From assembly GCA_030264375.1 (NCBI GenBank), contig JASCQW010000105.1, forward strand, positions 52,772,114 through 52,836,113: a stretch of DNA of 64,000 nt, read 5' to 3'. The notes under the pieces were generated by a model that was given only the letters and a program-made list of their open reading frames with translations, did not search any database and was not told where the DNA came from. Position 1 is the stretch's first letter; every line of letters starts with the position of its first letter. This DNA is from Carcharhinus longimanus. Taxonomy: Eukaryota. The position numbers were made by a program, and so were the translations under genes. Of the stretch, positions 51,465 through 63,277 are shown in pieces.

Positions 51465-54300
51465 TATGTTTCAAGCTTTAATGTTTTCAGTATGATTTTG
51501 TGATCACAGTTTGTGATTTAAGTCAAACGAATAAAAGAAAGACGAAGCATAAGTAATGAAATTTTCTTTTCATAAGATACAGACCTGAATTCATGATTCA
51601 GTTGCCACAGGCATGATTGCAGAATATTTTGAGAAACATGGGAATTTTAATCTCAATACAAATTCACACGTGAGAATGAGATATTTTTAATTGTAATAGT
51701 TAATTAAAATTTGGGATATTTGAAGTGGTGACAAATCCTGTGTTGGATTGATCTTGGGCTAAAACTTCCTGTCAGATTGAAAGATTTATTTCTGGTACAA
51801 TTGGCACCATGAAAAGAAAATTGTGGACTGAGATACTGGGGAAAAGAGTTTGAAAGCAGAGATTGTTAAATAGAAATGATTCCAGATCATGGGAGATGAC
51901 GTAATGTCTGCCATTTGAGAACTTTATTCCAGCCCTTTTAAAACTAGTAGAGAATTAACTTTTGTCTGTTAACAGGTGAAGTTCATCATTGCTGAAGAGT
52001 TTTTTTTTGCAGGAACTGGGAATTACTACATTTTTAAGTTTTGGATTATCAGATGTGTTCAGATTAATTAACCCATTCTGCCCCAAGCCGGATAGATCTT
52101 GTGTTTTGTTTTGCAGGTAACTAAATAAAGCAAGATTTGCAATAACTTCAAGACATTCAAGAATTTATTTGTATACTTTCAATAGGGAAGCAATCTTCAA
52201 CCTGAAACAAGTCTGGTTTAGAAAAAGGGGCAGGGGGTCATCTAGTGAGGAGTTACAAAAGAGTGCCCAGGTGACATTCACCATCATTGAACAACGTTTA
52301 ACAACTACATCGGCTTTAGGGTTATCAGATAATAATGGGAATGTTTAGTCTGCCATAGTAACCCAACAAAATTCTTGTTGGACTGTGTGGTGTGGGTGGT
52401 CAAAGTTAGTGAACTAATGAGAATTCTGAGAGAAGTGATTCTACACCCTAGCGCAAATTTTGAACATGGGAAGGTTGAAAACTGTCAGATGCAAGGAAAG
52501 CTCAATGGGAAAGTCTGCTCCTATAGATTATTATAGTTAGGAACGAGCGAAATAACCCAGTGGAATAGATGAACGCTGAGGGAAGGGATCATGTGATGTG
52601 CAGATGAGATATGAGAAAGTGAACAGAGTAATAAAAGAGCCATTATAGGGGAGCTGATGTGACCCTGTTTGTCAACGAGTTACAACACAGTGAGTGGAGA
52701 GCCAAGAACAGGATGGACAATTGTTGAACACTGTAGGATAGAGCTGAAGGTAGGATTTATTTGATGGATAACGAGAATGCAATGTAATTAAAAAAAAGAC
52801 ATTTAAAGGGATTCTAAGAGGGAAAAAAAGAAACAGTTTAAGTGGTTTCTATGGATGTAGGAACAAAGTTTTTGTTTTATGAAAAAAGATAGGCATTAAT
52901 GGACATTTGAAAGCTAACACTTGTTTGGATTTGGGACAATTTTGACATAGGAAAACCGTTTGCAAGCTGCCTTAAAAATGATGCTACCAAAAATTATCAG
53001 CAAATGGAATTGGGATATTGGGTGCAATTTACTGGAATATTTCGTATATTGTACATTCTCGCATAAAGAAAGTAGAGATGGGCTCATAAATTGATAGCTT
53101 TCTTGTGGTAATGTTTGTGTCCTTGTCCTTTTTTCTAAGGGAATAGAATTTGATACTCCGATCCTCATCCAAAGCATTTAGACCATACATGGAAAGATGA
53201 GTAAAGACTTCAAAATACTTTAATAAGATCATCTGAGAGTCAGGGTGTTGGCACAATATTGAGATTAGGCATAAATGTGCAAATGAGTTACATGTGGAGT
53301 AACTAATATGCAGGAAATCAGTTTAAATTAGACCCATTCAAGAGTTTGGAAGAACTTACACTGATGAACAGGTCTCAGATTACTTGACAAACAATATAGC
53401 ATGAATGGCTAATGGGGCCAGTAGAGTCAAACAGCACAATTAAATGATCATGGTATTGACACACACGCCATAGAGAAACTGATTTCAAAATAATTGGGAC
53501 AGGTCAGATAAAAAGGTAAAATTAAAGTGAAAGTGTAAATAATTTGGGTTAACAAATTAGGGCCTAGTAGCAAATAAGCCTGGTAAGGGATATCCACAAG
53601 ATGGATACAGATAAATGGGTAGCTGAAGAATATTAAGTTCATGCATAATGTTATTGTGAATGATATTGATTCAGATGATCTGCAGATGGGGAGCGTCAGG
53701 CAGAAAGAAGCATCAATCAAGTGAATCAGTCAAGAGCACCAAAAGTGAGCAACAGGTGATGGTAAAGGCAAGACCGGACTGCAGGGGTCTCGAACCACGG
53801 TGGCGTGGACCGTACAAGATAATTATGACAGGTGCGCACTTGTAAGTATAAAGACAAGAAGTTGATGGAAGCATTATACTCTGCTAAAACTGTGGGAGGA
53901 CCCTGATGTTCAGTTACCCACCGGAGAATCAGGAGAGTGGCTAAATAAAACCCCACATCTGGATATCGGATCAAGTGACCCCCATCAATCATTGGGCACA
54001 AGTAATTGTGCCGTCATGCAGAGGACCGAGACAGAGCGCAAGATTTTTGTTCCACGAGACAGGCCAGGTATGCCAATCCGAATCATTAATCCAGTTTGTG
54101 AAAGGATAGGAATCTGGCACCATAACCACCCATTGAAGGAAGTAAAAGGGACAGCCTCTGAGATGGGACTCAGATGAAAAAGACTCAGGGCAATTTGGAT
54201 ATTAAAATGATTAACAATTTAAATACTGGGTTCATAGAAATATTTATTTAATGTCACAGAACCTGGCCTTGAAGGCCAGTATTGTTAAGAACTATGTAAC
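51465..54300 (+). mobile_element. Decayed endogenous-retrovirus-like element
   Basis: Integrase C-terminus VMVKARPDCRGLEPRWRGPYKIIMT...WKHYTLLK at 53757-53890 and an SQG-like motif near 53235. The upstream region looks LTR/gag-like but boundaries are uncertain. Confidence 0.6.
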
Positions 54301-54317
54301 CATGCAATAGATAAGAC

Positions 54318-54668
54318 TTCATAGAAATCATAGAAACCCTACATTACAGAAAGGGGCCATTCAGCCCATCAAGTCTGTACTGACCACAAATCCACCCAGG
54401 CCCTACCCCCATATCCCTACATATATTTTACCCACTAATCCCTCTAACCTATGCATCTCAGGTCACTAAGGGGCAATTTTAGAATGGCCAATCAACCTAA
54501 CCCACACATCTTTGGACTATGGGAGGAAACCAGAGTACCTGGAGGAAACCCACACAGACACGAGGAGAATGTGCAAGCTCCACACAGACAGTGACCCAAG
54601 CCGGGAATCGAACCCAGGTCCCTGGAGCTGTGAAGCAGCAATGCTAACCACTGCTATTGTGCCGCCCA
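54318..54668 (-). mobile_element. Full-length HE1 / V-SINE
   Basis: gggcggcacaatagcagtggttagcattgctgcttcacagctccagggacctgggttcgattccc head, V-domain, (tttctatga)n tail. Confidence 0.92.
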
Positions 54669-54679
54669 TTTCGTGCCGG

Positions 54680-55003
54680 AATTGTGGTCAGTGCAGACTC
54701 GATGGGCTGAATGGCCTCCCTCTGCAATGTAGGAGTCTATGATTCTCATATTCCCCAAAAAAACTGTACACCACCACGAATCAATGTCCTGGTTTGTGAT
54801 ACCCTCGCAGGTAGGCGGTGCTCGACAGACTGGAGGGACTGATTGTGGACAAGTCCCCAGGACTGGATGGAATGCATCCGAGGGTTTTGAAAGAAATGGC
54901 GGAGGTGATAGTGGATGCCTTGGTGGTTATTTTCCAAACGTCGCTGGATTCCGGGGAAGTGCCGGAAGATTGGAAAACGGCTAATGTTACGCCGTTGTTT
55001 AAG
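54680..55003 (+). mobile_element. HE1/HER1-type 3' tail followed by young CR1 RT fragment
   Basis: gatgggctgaatggcctcc...ctatgattct, then DKSPGLDGMHPRVLKEMAEVIVDALVVIFQTSLDSGEVPEDWKTANVTPLFK. Confidence 0.85.
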
Positions 55004-55360
55004 AATAACTGAGCAAATACTTGGATAGCTGAGGCCAAGCATGAATTGATAAAACTGTTTTATTTCTACGGTAAGTTAACAAACAGAATAGCAGTTATGA
55101 TCTGACTCACTTAATTCAAACCGGATAACTTACCTTCAGGCAGTTGTGGAAAGTGAGGAACATATCATGCTTCTCCACGTTATAATGTCATCGTACTTAA
55201 ACAAGGATGGTTCTGACTTTTTTTTCCAACACTTTGACCTCTTAGTCTTAGTGAAAGCTCTTCTGGCTTAGATTATTTTAAAAAAAAAGGATTTCCTATC
55301 TCGTTTTTGTCGATTTTACCATTCTCTGCTCAAAAGCTGATCAAACACATTATGACACCG

Positions 55361-55486
55361 TGGGTGGGATTTTACAGCCTCGCTCAAGTGAAACCAGAAA
55401 TTACCATCTGAGGTCAACAGACATTTCCATTGTCTGTCCCTCACCCGCTCCAATTCCATGGCGGGCGAAGCAGTAGAATTCTGGCA
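55361..55486. mobile_element. ~130-bp MITE-like repeat (a related element lies at 55889-55998)
   Basis: gggtgggattttac ... gtagaattctggc TIRs. Interior like 7334-7460. Confidence 0.6.
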
Positions 55487-56349
55487 CGTGTGTAACATGT
55501 TCACAGTGTATCAAAATGGGTTAACAAGCTGCTTACTTTTCACAAAGTAGAAAAAGCAATAAACAACAAAAATTGTAGATCCCATACATTAAACAATCTA
55601 TTATGGTTAGGGGTATGCCAAAGTTTTGCTTTTTTCATCTAACATAGGAAAGATTCCACTCCCTTGATAATCTTTTCGACTATGGTTGCAGGTTTCTTTT
55701 CATCTACATGAATAACATTCTATGTTTTAAAACACAAGTTTTATAAAATAAGCCAGATCCTTTTTGTCAAAGAAATCCCAAATGTAGCGCTATTATTTCT
55801 CTTTTGGCTATTAATTTATTCATCTTGTTACCAATATTGCAAGCATTCAGATAAAGATATTTCACCAGAATGTTACAGCTGTTAATGCCGGTGGGATTTT
55901 CCCATCCTGCTGCAATGAACAGAGATGTGGTTGGATGCCAAATTCTTCAACTTCACTGCAGTGGGACTGTGGCATGAATGGCTGGTAAGATCACACCCTC
56001 TGATTCTGGCCTTTGCCATTTTTCCCTATTCTGACCTGATTTGCTGACACACTGTGCACTAAAGGGCCTAGCATTTAACAAAGTAACAGTGATGCGTCCC
56101 AGGTAGGGAAGGCAGGCCTCAAGCTTATCTCAGCATGCGGCAGCTTCTGTTGCCACCTCCAATCAGAATCCAGAAGTACTGGGACTTCACTCCACTGCGT
56201 AATCCCACACTACATCCCCCAAACAAAAATCCCACGATTCAGGATGCTTTTTTCCTCAAGGTGACTGCAGCAAGCTGGAAGATTACCCAATTCTGTGCAC
56301 CAGCCTCTGGGGCAAAAATCCAAGTTATCTGCACTCATAATTCTGAAAT

Positions 56350-56448
56350 AACTACAGGAAATATTGGAAAAATGCAGCAGACCTGCAATCACATGTGGAA
56401 AGAGAAACAGAGTTGACATTTCGAGTCTGTATGACTTCTTCAGAGCTG
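56350..56448 (-). mobile_element. Penelope-type terminal fragment with hammerhead-like motif
   Basis: Minus strand agct-CTGAAGA-agtc-ataca-gact-c-GAAA-tg-TC-aactctg, followed by the same arm sequence as the fold-back element. Confidence 0.6.
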
Positions 56449-56449
56449 T

Positions 56450-56712
56450 CTGGTCTTTTGAGCATTCTGAATTTTAAGAACTCCACCATACCTTCAGCTT
56501 CTGATGCCCTACCCTCTGGGTTCCCTTTCTCACACCTCCCCACATCACTTTGCTCTTCAAGATGATCCTTAAAAATCTGTCTCTTTGGCAATTCATTTGG
56601 CTATCTGACCTAATATCTTTTTATGAGGCTCATATTTTACTGTATAATTGCTCATATTTTACTGTATAATGTTCATGTGAAGTGCTTTGGGACATTTTAT
56701 TATATTCAATGC
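56450..56712 (+). mobile_element. L2-type 3' end, with 22-bp tandem duplication at 56628-56670
   Basis: ccttcagc...ctctgggttccct...ttcaagatgatccttaaaa...gtgaagtgctttgggacatttt. Similar pieces at 57600-57760 and 62710-62990. Confidence 0.65.
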
Positions 56713-58599
56713 TCTAAATGGCCAGCTGCCTCATCTGGTGATGTAGCATTGGTTCCACTGTCCAGGACTTTAATGAATAGGAATTTCTGCAAGAATCTGT
56801 CGCGTCACAACTTTATTCACGTTATTCAGCAACTTGCTCTCACATTAGAATCTCAGGTCTTTGAATCTCAGCTGTTAAATTCCATGCAAATGCACTCATG
56901 GTGATAGCTAACATGTTCTTGATGCATTATAGTATATCAGTCACAACTAACAGATCCAAAATCAGCCACAACCATTACTGAGAACCTAAATTGCAAATCT
57001 GTCCAAAGGCATTTCACATTTAATATTATCTGACGCAGTGCTATATCTCATTCAAATTGGTTCTTAGCGTTTTGCAAAGAAGCACCATTCAGGGATTTTG
57101 CCATAATTTTTGACTTTCATTTATGTAAAGTTGTGGCAATTAAATGTTAAGAGTCATTTTACAGAAATGATTAAACACTGCTTCTAACACTGGAAATACT
57201 TAGAGCTGGATTCTCCTCTTCACTATAGCATTGTGACAGAATAGGACTTTCGCTCACTGACCCAATACTGCCATTACTTCTTCCTGACAATAGTGTCATG
57301 GACCTGGGCTACGTACTGTCACAGGATGGATTCCTGATATTATTCCCATCATCAAGAAGGAGTTCTCCTTTGCCAGGGTTTAAAATCCAAATGGCGCTGC
57401 AGTGGATCCATTAACACTGCACTAGAAAAGGCAGTCGGCCAGTTCAACGGGATGAAGGAGACGCCAAAAGTTTCTAAAAATAATTTGTTAGTCATGAGCC
57501 GAGGCTGAGAATTATACAGGTAAAAACACTATTGTTTAAACTGAGGGATACAAGGCCAGCACTGGAATATTTTCCATCTTTGAACAAACTTTATGCCTTA
57601 CCCCAATTCTGGCCTGATCCCTGATTCTAATTGCTTTACCATTGGCTGTTTTTGCTTTCAGCTCCTTCAGCACCAAAAGCACCCATCCTCTCCACCTTTT
57701 TCTTATCTTTTCAAACTCTCCTTAAAGGCTATCTTGATCAAGCAATTGGTCATCTGTCCCAGTGGACAGGGACAGGAGAATTCAGTAGGAGCCCAGAATT
57801 TTTATTTCTCACTGGTGTGTAATTACAATGGGATCATTCTATGCTACCCACCATGGCAGATCAGTAACCCAACTGGGGGCCAGTGTCAAAGAGATTTGCA
57901 CTCTGCGAATGGGATGAAAACTCTAACTGATACCACCCCCCAGTGTCTGATTGTCCATGATGCCAGTAGGAAAAGAGGCCTGTCCAGAACAAGTCTGGAA
58001 TGAACTGGCTTGCAAAAGTTAGGACTTACCTGAAGGAGGACTGGAGTTGCCTCCAAAGTTCAGGATGCAGGCCACCAGCAATCATAGCTCTTGGAGCACA
58101 ATAACGGTGGGTGGGTGGGGCATCTATCAGGTTTATTTTCCAGCTTTGGTGTCTTCCAGGTGGTCCATCTTCCAGCCTCAGTGTTCCTGGAAGTCCATCA
58201 TCTCTCTTCAATTGTAGGTCAGTGATGTCATGTGTCTTTTCAATATGGCACCCAAACCTGCCATGGAAGATGGCACAAAACTCCCAGATGCATAATTATG
58301 CCAGGAACAGAAGATATGGCTTGGTTTCTCATCAGCTTCTGCAGTGGAAAATACACCCTACCTCCTACCCTCCTGTCTGGGAGAACTCCACCCAGTATCT
58401 CTTTTTGTGGCTTCATGTCAAATTTTGTTCGAGAATCTTCTTGTGATGTGCTTTGGTGTTTTGGGATACTTTTGTGCATTGAAGTCACTCTCCAAATGTC
58501 TTCAAAAATTACCACAAGAAACTTGAACAGCTAAGAGTAGAAGCTCTGTTGTCAGCGCCAGGGAAGAGTAATATCGGCTGTATTGCCACCTAGAACTCT

Positions 58600-60250
58600 T
58601 CGAAAGTCAGAAGAATCAGTCTTGCAAAATTTTGGATGCCATGAAGACCTCTATTAAACACTCTTTTAACGCTACTTATGAACTCTTGTGTGTTCAATAC
58701 CAGAGCTCAGGAAGAGGAGAATATTGATTAGATTGATCTGTATGTGACTGCATTGAGATATCTAGCTGAATCTCTAAAGTTTAAGGAACTTTAAATATTG
58801 CTTTCGGAATAAGAGATCCTAACGGTGAGAGCATGCCTGCTGGGAAGAGAAACCTATTCTCAAGAAAACTATTAACACGTGCATAAGTTCTGAAGTTGCT
58901 AATCAACAGCTGAAGAGTATTGATGAGCAATTAACTGATGAGGCTTTGCAGAATGCTGAGAGGCTGTTCCAGCTTTCTAAGCATAAGAGAAAGGAGAAAA
59001 ACATTTACAAAAGGATCAGCAAAAAAATCAAGGCCAGAATACTGGATGTAAATCTTCACCACACAAAGAAAAAGTAGTATGCCCAGTATGGGAAAGCAGT
59101 GCTCTAATCGCATGAAGCTGAACCACCTTACACACAAGTGTTTTGCTGGGAAAAAAAAGCAAGCCTATAACGATGTTTGCTGTAAGAATGTCAGAGGATG
59201 ATTCTGACAAATCATTGTGCACCCTAGAACAGGTTGGCACAATCAACTTACAGGTTAAAAAAAAGTTGTGACAGATACAATGTTGACTGCAAAAGGAAAA
59301 CGTGAAGTTAATATGAAGGTGTCAGAAACACCAATGCCACATGCAACATCATGAGCTTCCCTGATCTGTATAAAGTTGCTCAAAATGGTGACCTGAAAGT
59401 GAANNNATTGAAGGTAAACCCAAGGCTATATGAAGGAACGATGCCCAACTCAAGAGGACAACCTAAGCTGATAGTGCAATGCAATGGGGTGAAAGAAGAT
59501 TACACTTCCAGATATGAAGAAAAATTCACTCATCTCAGCTGAAACAAGTCAAAAATTTGGTCTTGTAACTTTCTATGCATCAGAGAAGTTTTGCAATATT
59601 TTGCATAGCACCAGGCCTGACAAACTACTTGTTTTTACAAGCCTAGGATTTTTCCTGAATACCATATCAAGGTAGATGATTGTGAGAGACCAACTCAGCA
59701 TTTTCTGAGGAGAGTTCCAGCTATTGTCAAGTACGGGCTGAAAATTAAAATAGAGAAGCTTGAAAAGATGCGAATAATCAGAAGTGATAACTCCTACAGA
59801 CTGGATTAGCAGCATGGTAATAGGGGGGAAAAAAAACCCTGGAAAGCTAAGAGTGCTTAGATCTAAAGCACTTCAATAAAAATTTGAAGAACTCTTAGTC
59901 ACATATGCCATCACTGAGGAATTTGTTTCCCAACTTTTCAAGGCAAAGTCCTTACCACCCTAGATGCAAAGGTTCGATACTGGTGAGTGGAGCTGAATGA
60001 AAGCAGCAGTTTTCAGACCATGTTCAGAATGCCGTTTGGGAGATGCAAATGTACATGCCGTCTGGAATTTCTACTGCTCCGGAAATGTACCAACACTGGC
60101 CACATGAGATAGCCAATAGGGAAGGATCTTGGATGATCTGCTAGTCTATGCACGTGGAGATACAATGGAAGAAACCATCACAGACCATGATCAGAAAGTA
60201 GTGAGACTGCTAGAGGGCACTACCCAAGTGAATCTGAAGCTGAACAAGAA
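58600..60250 (+). mobile_element. Decayed Gypsy/Ty3 gag-pol remnant (second family)
   Basis: Gag FNTRAQEEEENID..YVTALRYLAE. RT FRMPFGR, GISTAPEMYQ, DDLLVY, DHDQKVVRLLE...NLKLNK. Confidence 0.8.
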
Positions 60251-60529
60251 CTGCAACAAATCATTTCCAGCATTTTTTTGTATTGCATTTTAGACTCCTA
60301 AATTTGCAGGTTTGCAAGCTTTGATTTCTTTTTGTTCTTCCTGTGCAACCTTGATTGATTGCGGACAAGCCCCAGTTGTTTCAGAGATTTGGGATCCAGG
60401 TTGAAATGTGCAATGGGTAAGGTTTAGATCTTGTGGCTTGAAGCATAAAATAAGCAGCAATTGCAGCACTCAACCCCGATTTGTGGGAAATATCCAGAAG
60501 AATGTTTAGTTTAGAAACCAACTAGCAAG

Positions 60530-60940
60530 AAACTGCAGCATAGTGGTAATTTTACTGGAACAGTAATCTCGATGCCAGAATTAATGCTGAAGAATTACAA
60601 GCTCAAATCCCACTACAGCAACCAGGCAAATGTAAATGAATAAATCTGGTGGTATATAAATTATTTTATCTATATACAGAATAAAAATGAGAGTCTAATT
60701 AATAATAGTGAACTATCATCAACAACACATCAGGTTCGCTTCAGCAGAGGAAGTCTACCATCCTTACTTAGTTTGGCCTGCAGATGACTTCAGGTCCACA
60801 ATAAGGTGGTTGACATTTAACTGACCTCTGAAATGGCATAGTAAGCCTTAGCAAACACCACTACAGCAAAAGGCACTGTGAAGTTCCCACTTTAGGTGAG
60901 CTGCAACAGTTCAAGGTGGCAGCTCACCTTCTCAAGGGCT
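60530..60940 (+). mobile_element. tRNA-derived SINE with CR1-group tail, decayed
   Basis: gcatagtggtaat...ggaacagtaatc...caagctcaaatcccac head, gcaacagttcaaggtggcagctcacc tail. Confidence 0.55.
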
Positions 60941-61560
60941 TTTGTTCACCCATCATCATTACTGGTTACTGGTAGACTCACCATCCCAAACTAACTCCTC
61001 AGCAGACTTATTTTTCAGGATAGAATGAAAGCAAGGTATCTATTTTCTTGAGCTGTACAAATTCACACAAACTGGTCAACTAGAAGAAAAGCAGCATAAA
61101 ATATTTAAAAACCTTTCCCAAAAATCATGCAAGTGGGGATAAACATAAGGTTTGCAAATTATTTAAATTGCAAATTACATAGCTTAAAGAATTTGAGACT
61201 GGATTATAAATGTAATTACTGCTACATTTCCAACATTAGTAACACTAGCATAAAGGAAGCAAGTATAAACTATGTGCTATAAACCATTTTTCCTACAAAA
61301 CCCAAGTGCTTCTCAGTTATTGAGATGACAAGTTGGCATTCACGGGCGAACGAACACATCTGCTCATATTTAATTCACTGGATGTCGAAAAGGAGGCAGT
61401 TCTGTATTCAAAAGATTAATATTTATATCAATGGCAATTTGGCCCATACTAACCCACCACCTCAAAATAGCATTTTCCATTGCCTAAATGAGTTTTCCCT
61501 CCTCCATACAACTCTAGAGTCATTCCATAGATCATCACTCTTCATGTTAACAACTCCTTA

Positions 61561-62432
61561 ACATAAGACCATAAGACACTGAGCAGAATTAGGCCATTCA
61601 GCCCACTGAGTCTGCTCCGCCATTCAATCCTGGCTGATATTTTTCTCATTCCCATTCTCCTGCCTTTTCCCCATAGCCCTTGATCCCCTTATTCATCAAG
61701 GGCCTATCTATCTCTGTTTTAAAGACTCAATAACCTGGCCTCCACAGCCTTCTGCAGCAAAACATTCCATAGATTCACCACTCTCTGGCTGAAGAAATTC
61801 CTCCTCATCTCTGTTTTAAAGAATCATCCCTTCAGCCTGAGTTGTGCCCTCTGGTTCTTTCTACTAGTGGAAACATGCTCTCCAAGTCCACCCTATCCAG
61901 GCCTCACAATATCCTGTAAATTTCAATAAGATCTCACCTCATCCTTCTAAATTCCAATGACTATAGACCCAGAGTCCTCAACTGTTCCTCATAAGACAAG
62001 CTCTTCATTCCAGGGATCATTCTTGTGAACCTCCTTTGGACTCTTCCCACAGCCAGCACATCCTTCCTTAGATACAGGGCCCAAAACTGTTCACAATATT
62101 CCAAATGGGCTCTGACCAAAGCCTTACACAGCCTCAGAAGCACATCCTTGCTCTTGTATTCTAGCCCTCTCAACATGAATGCTAACATTGCATTTGGCTT
62201 CCTAACTGCCGACTGCACCTGCACATCAACCTTAAGAGAATCTTGAACAAGGACTCCCAAGTCCCTTTGTTTTTCTGACTTCCTAAGCATTTCCCCATTT
62301 AAAAAAAAAATCTATGCCTCCATTCCTCCTTCCAAAGTGCGTAACCTTACACTTTTCCAGATTGTATTCCATCTGCCACTTCTTTGCCCACTCTTCTAAC
62401 CTGTCCAAGTCCTTCTGCAGCCCCCTACTTCT
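61561..62432 (-). mobile_element. CR1 LINE RT C-terminus and 3' end
   Basis: QRDLGVLVQDSLKV...LEYCEQFWALYLRKDVLA...QRRFTRMIPGM, (ataagacc)n tail. Confidence 0.92.
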
Positions 62433-63039
62433 NNNNNNNNNNNNNNNNNNNNNNNNNNNNNNNNNNNNNNNNNNNNNNNNNNNNNNNNNNNNNNNNNNNN
62501 NNNNNNNNNNNNNNNNNNNNNNNNNNNNNNNNNNNNNNNNNNNNNNNNNNNNNNNNNNNNNNNNNNNNNNNNNNNNNNNNNNNNNNNNNNNNNNNNNNNN
62601 NNNNNNNNNNNNNNNNGCTACTTTCCCATTTAATATTGGTTAATGTTGTGGACTTAACATTTGTATGTTATATATCAGTGAAAACACAGCAATCCTCTAA
62701 ATCTATTCTCTTCACCATCTCTCCATCATATTCCACTTCTCACTTCCTTCATCCTGTCACTGGCATCTGTTTTCTCAGCTGTCCACACCCTAAACTCTGG
62801 AACACCCTCCCTAAACTTCTGCACTTCACCAATTCTTTTTCCTCCTTTAAGACACTTTGCAAACCTACCTCTTAAATTAAGCTTCTCACCACCTCTTGTC
62901 CCAATGTCTCATTTTTTGGCTTGATGTCAGTTTCTGTCCAATTACACACTTATGGAATCTTTTGAAACATCTCATAACATTAAAACCAAGTTCTTGTTTT
63001 CTGCCTCAATGAGATGAATATTGGATAAACTTGAAGATG

Positions 63040-63277
63040 TAAAGGTGCTGCTGCTCCTGCCTTAGTCCCAGAGGACCATGGGCTGCTCTCTCCTTTGAGA
63101 GAAAGCTGACTGGTGGTGAGTTAATCTGAAAGTCACCACATCTCATGCAAGGAGCAAGTTAGAGAAGGTGGGGCCTTCACAGATAACCTCAACCAGAATT
63201 GGAATTGACTCCTCGCTGTTGGCATCACCCCATATCACAAACCAGCCATCCAGACAGCTGACCTAACTGACACTCCA
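63040..63277 (-). mobile_element. tRNA-derived SINE-like element
   Basis: Minus strand ggagtgtcagttaggtcagctg...ggagtcaattcc (A/B box-like) then accaccagtcagctttctctcaaaggagagagcagcccatggtcctctgggact. Confidence 0.5.

Noticed and set aside
55134-55260. Possible dmd exon 7 (ends CCT GAA G|gt)
   Set aside because: In-frame stop upstream and no similarity to RLEHAFNIARYQLGIEKLLD.
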